Of a stretch of DNA of 64,000 nt, positions 63,221 through 64,000 are shown piece after piece; within the stretch, counting starts at the first letter, position 1, and every line of letters starts with the position of its first letter. Where the stretch lies: contig NC_042998.1 in the NCBI RefSeq assembly GCF_006345805.1, forward strand, positions 148,986,001-149,050,000. Direction: 5' to 3'. The notes under the pieces are model-generated. The model was not told where the DNA came from and searched no databases. It was given only the letters and a program-made list of their open reading frames with translations. The position numbers and the translations under genes are program-made. This stretch comes from Octopus sinensis. Its lineage: Eukaryota.

Positions 63221-64000
63221 ACCTTACTCGATCAGAGGCGTCTACAGTATTCTGACAGTCTCCAGAGAAACAATCAGCCAAACTGTTTATATACTCAACA
63301 AATGCAGCACTTATCCTATGAAGGAGTCCCTAATTTGCATACCGAAAGTGTTCAACACTCTATAAATACCAGAGGCCTGTCAACGGGGATTTTAGACCAC
63401 ACAATATCAAGGTATAATATAATATATACGAGTATGTATGTATGTAGGTATGCATGTATATCAAAGGTGCCAAATAATTATCTAACACTTTGACAGTTAC
63501 TATTTTCTATACAAGTAACTACAAATAAGTAACAACAGCAAGAACAATAAAACAACAATAACAACAGCAACAACAATGACAATAACAATAGAAACAACAA
63601 TAACAACAACAATACACAAAAACGATCAATGACCAAAATTCTTTTGATAACTCCCAATGGTCTTCTGATAATAGTACAACGATATATCTCTGCGCTAACA
63701 AAAGTGGATTTGGAGCAGGGAAAAGGAAGAAATATTAGTTTCAGCAAATAGTTTTAATACTATTTTTTTATGGATACAGGTATGAATGTATTTATGCATG
63801 CATGTATGTATGTAAAGGTACATGAAGCTCAGTTACAACTACTGCCGGTACAAGTTTTAGCTACCAATTCTGTACAAGACATTGTAGATCTTTAGCTGGG
63901 CTGAAAAGTCACATTCGATCACAGCACAGCTAAAAGTTAAGCCTCATGCAATGGCCATACTCGATAACGAGGAGGCAGCCATCATGTATGTATGTATGTA

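Overview
This is AT-rich, microsatellite-dense animal DNA. The SINE families and (TA)n/(CATA)n/(TAGA)n load suggest a cephalopod, probably octopus; this is inferred from sequence character only. I recognise no host protein-coding exon, rRNA or true tRNA gene, and nearly all listed ORFs are repeat or antisense artefacts. The window is a transposon graveyard. (1) A 4.6-kb internally deleted Helitron (56496-61116, minus) carries a decayed Rep/PIF1-helicase gene and a predicted GT-AG intron; its ends are fixed by an empty-site paralog at 35335/35336. Several non-autonomous Helitrons are also present. (2) A full-length decayed Chapaev3-type (CMC) transposon has CAC..GTG ends and a TAA duplication (48870-51071). 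(3) An RTE-clade LINE is present, plus a 3' fragment with a 10-bp TSD. (4) There are four R4/Dong-like RT/RLE fragments and four Tc1/mariner relics. (5) Penelope-like (GIY-YIG) elements occur, including one with an inverted pseudo-LTR. The most interesting signals are minimal type-I hammerhead ribozyme folds in the Penelope ends, one with a compensatory U3-A8 core pair in both copies, and a series of near-perfect fold-back hairpins next to (TA)n tracts. Two CpG-rich E2F/YY1-like motif clusters and two possibly mitochondrial-derived tracts are weaker candidates.
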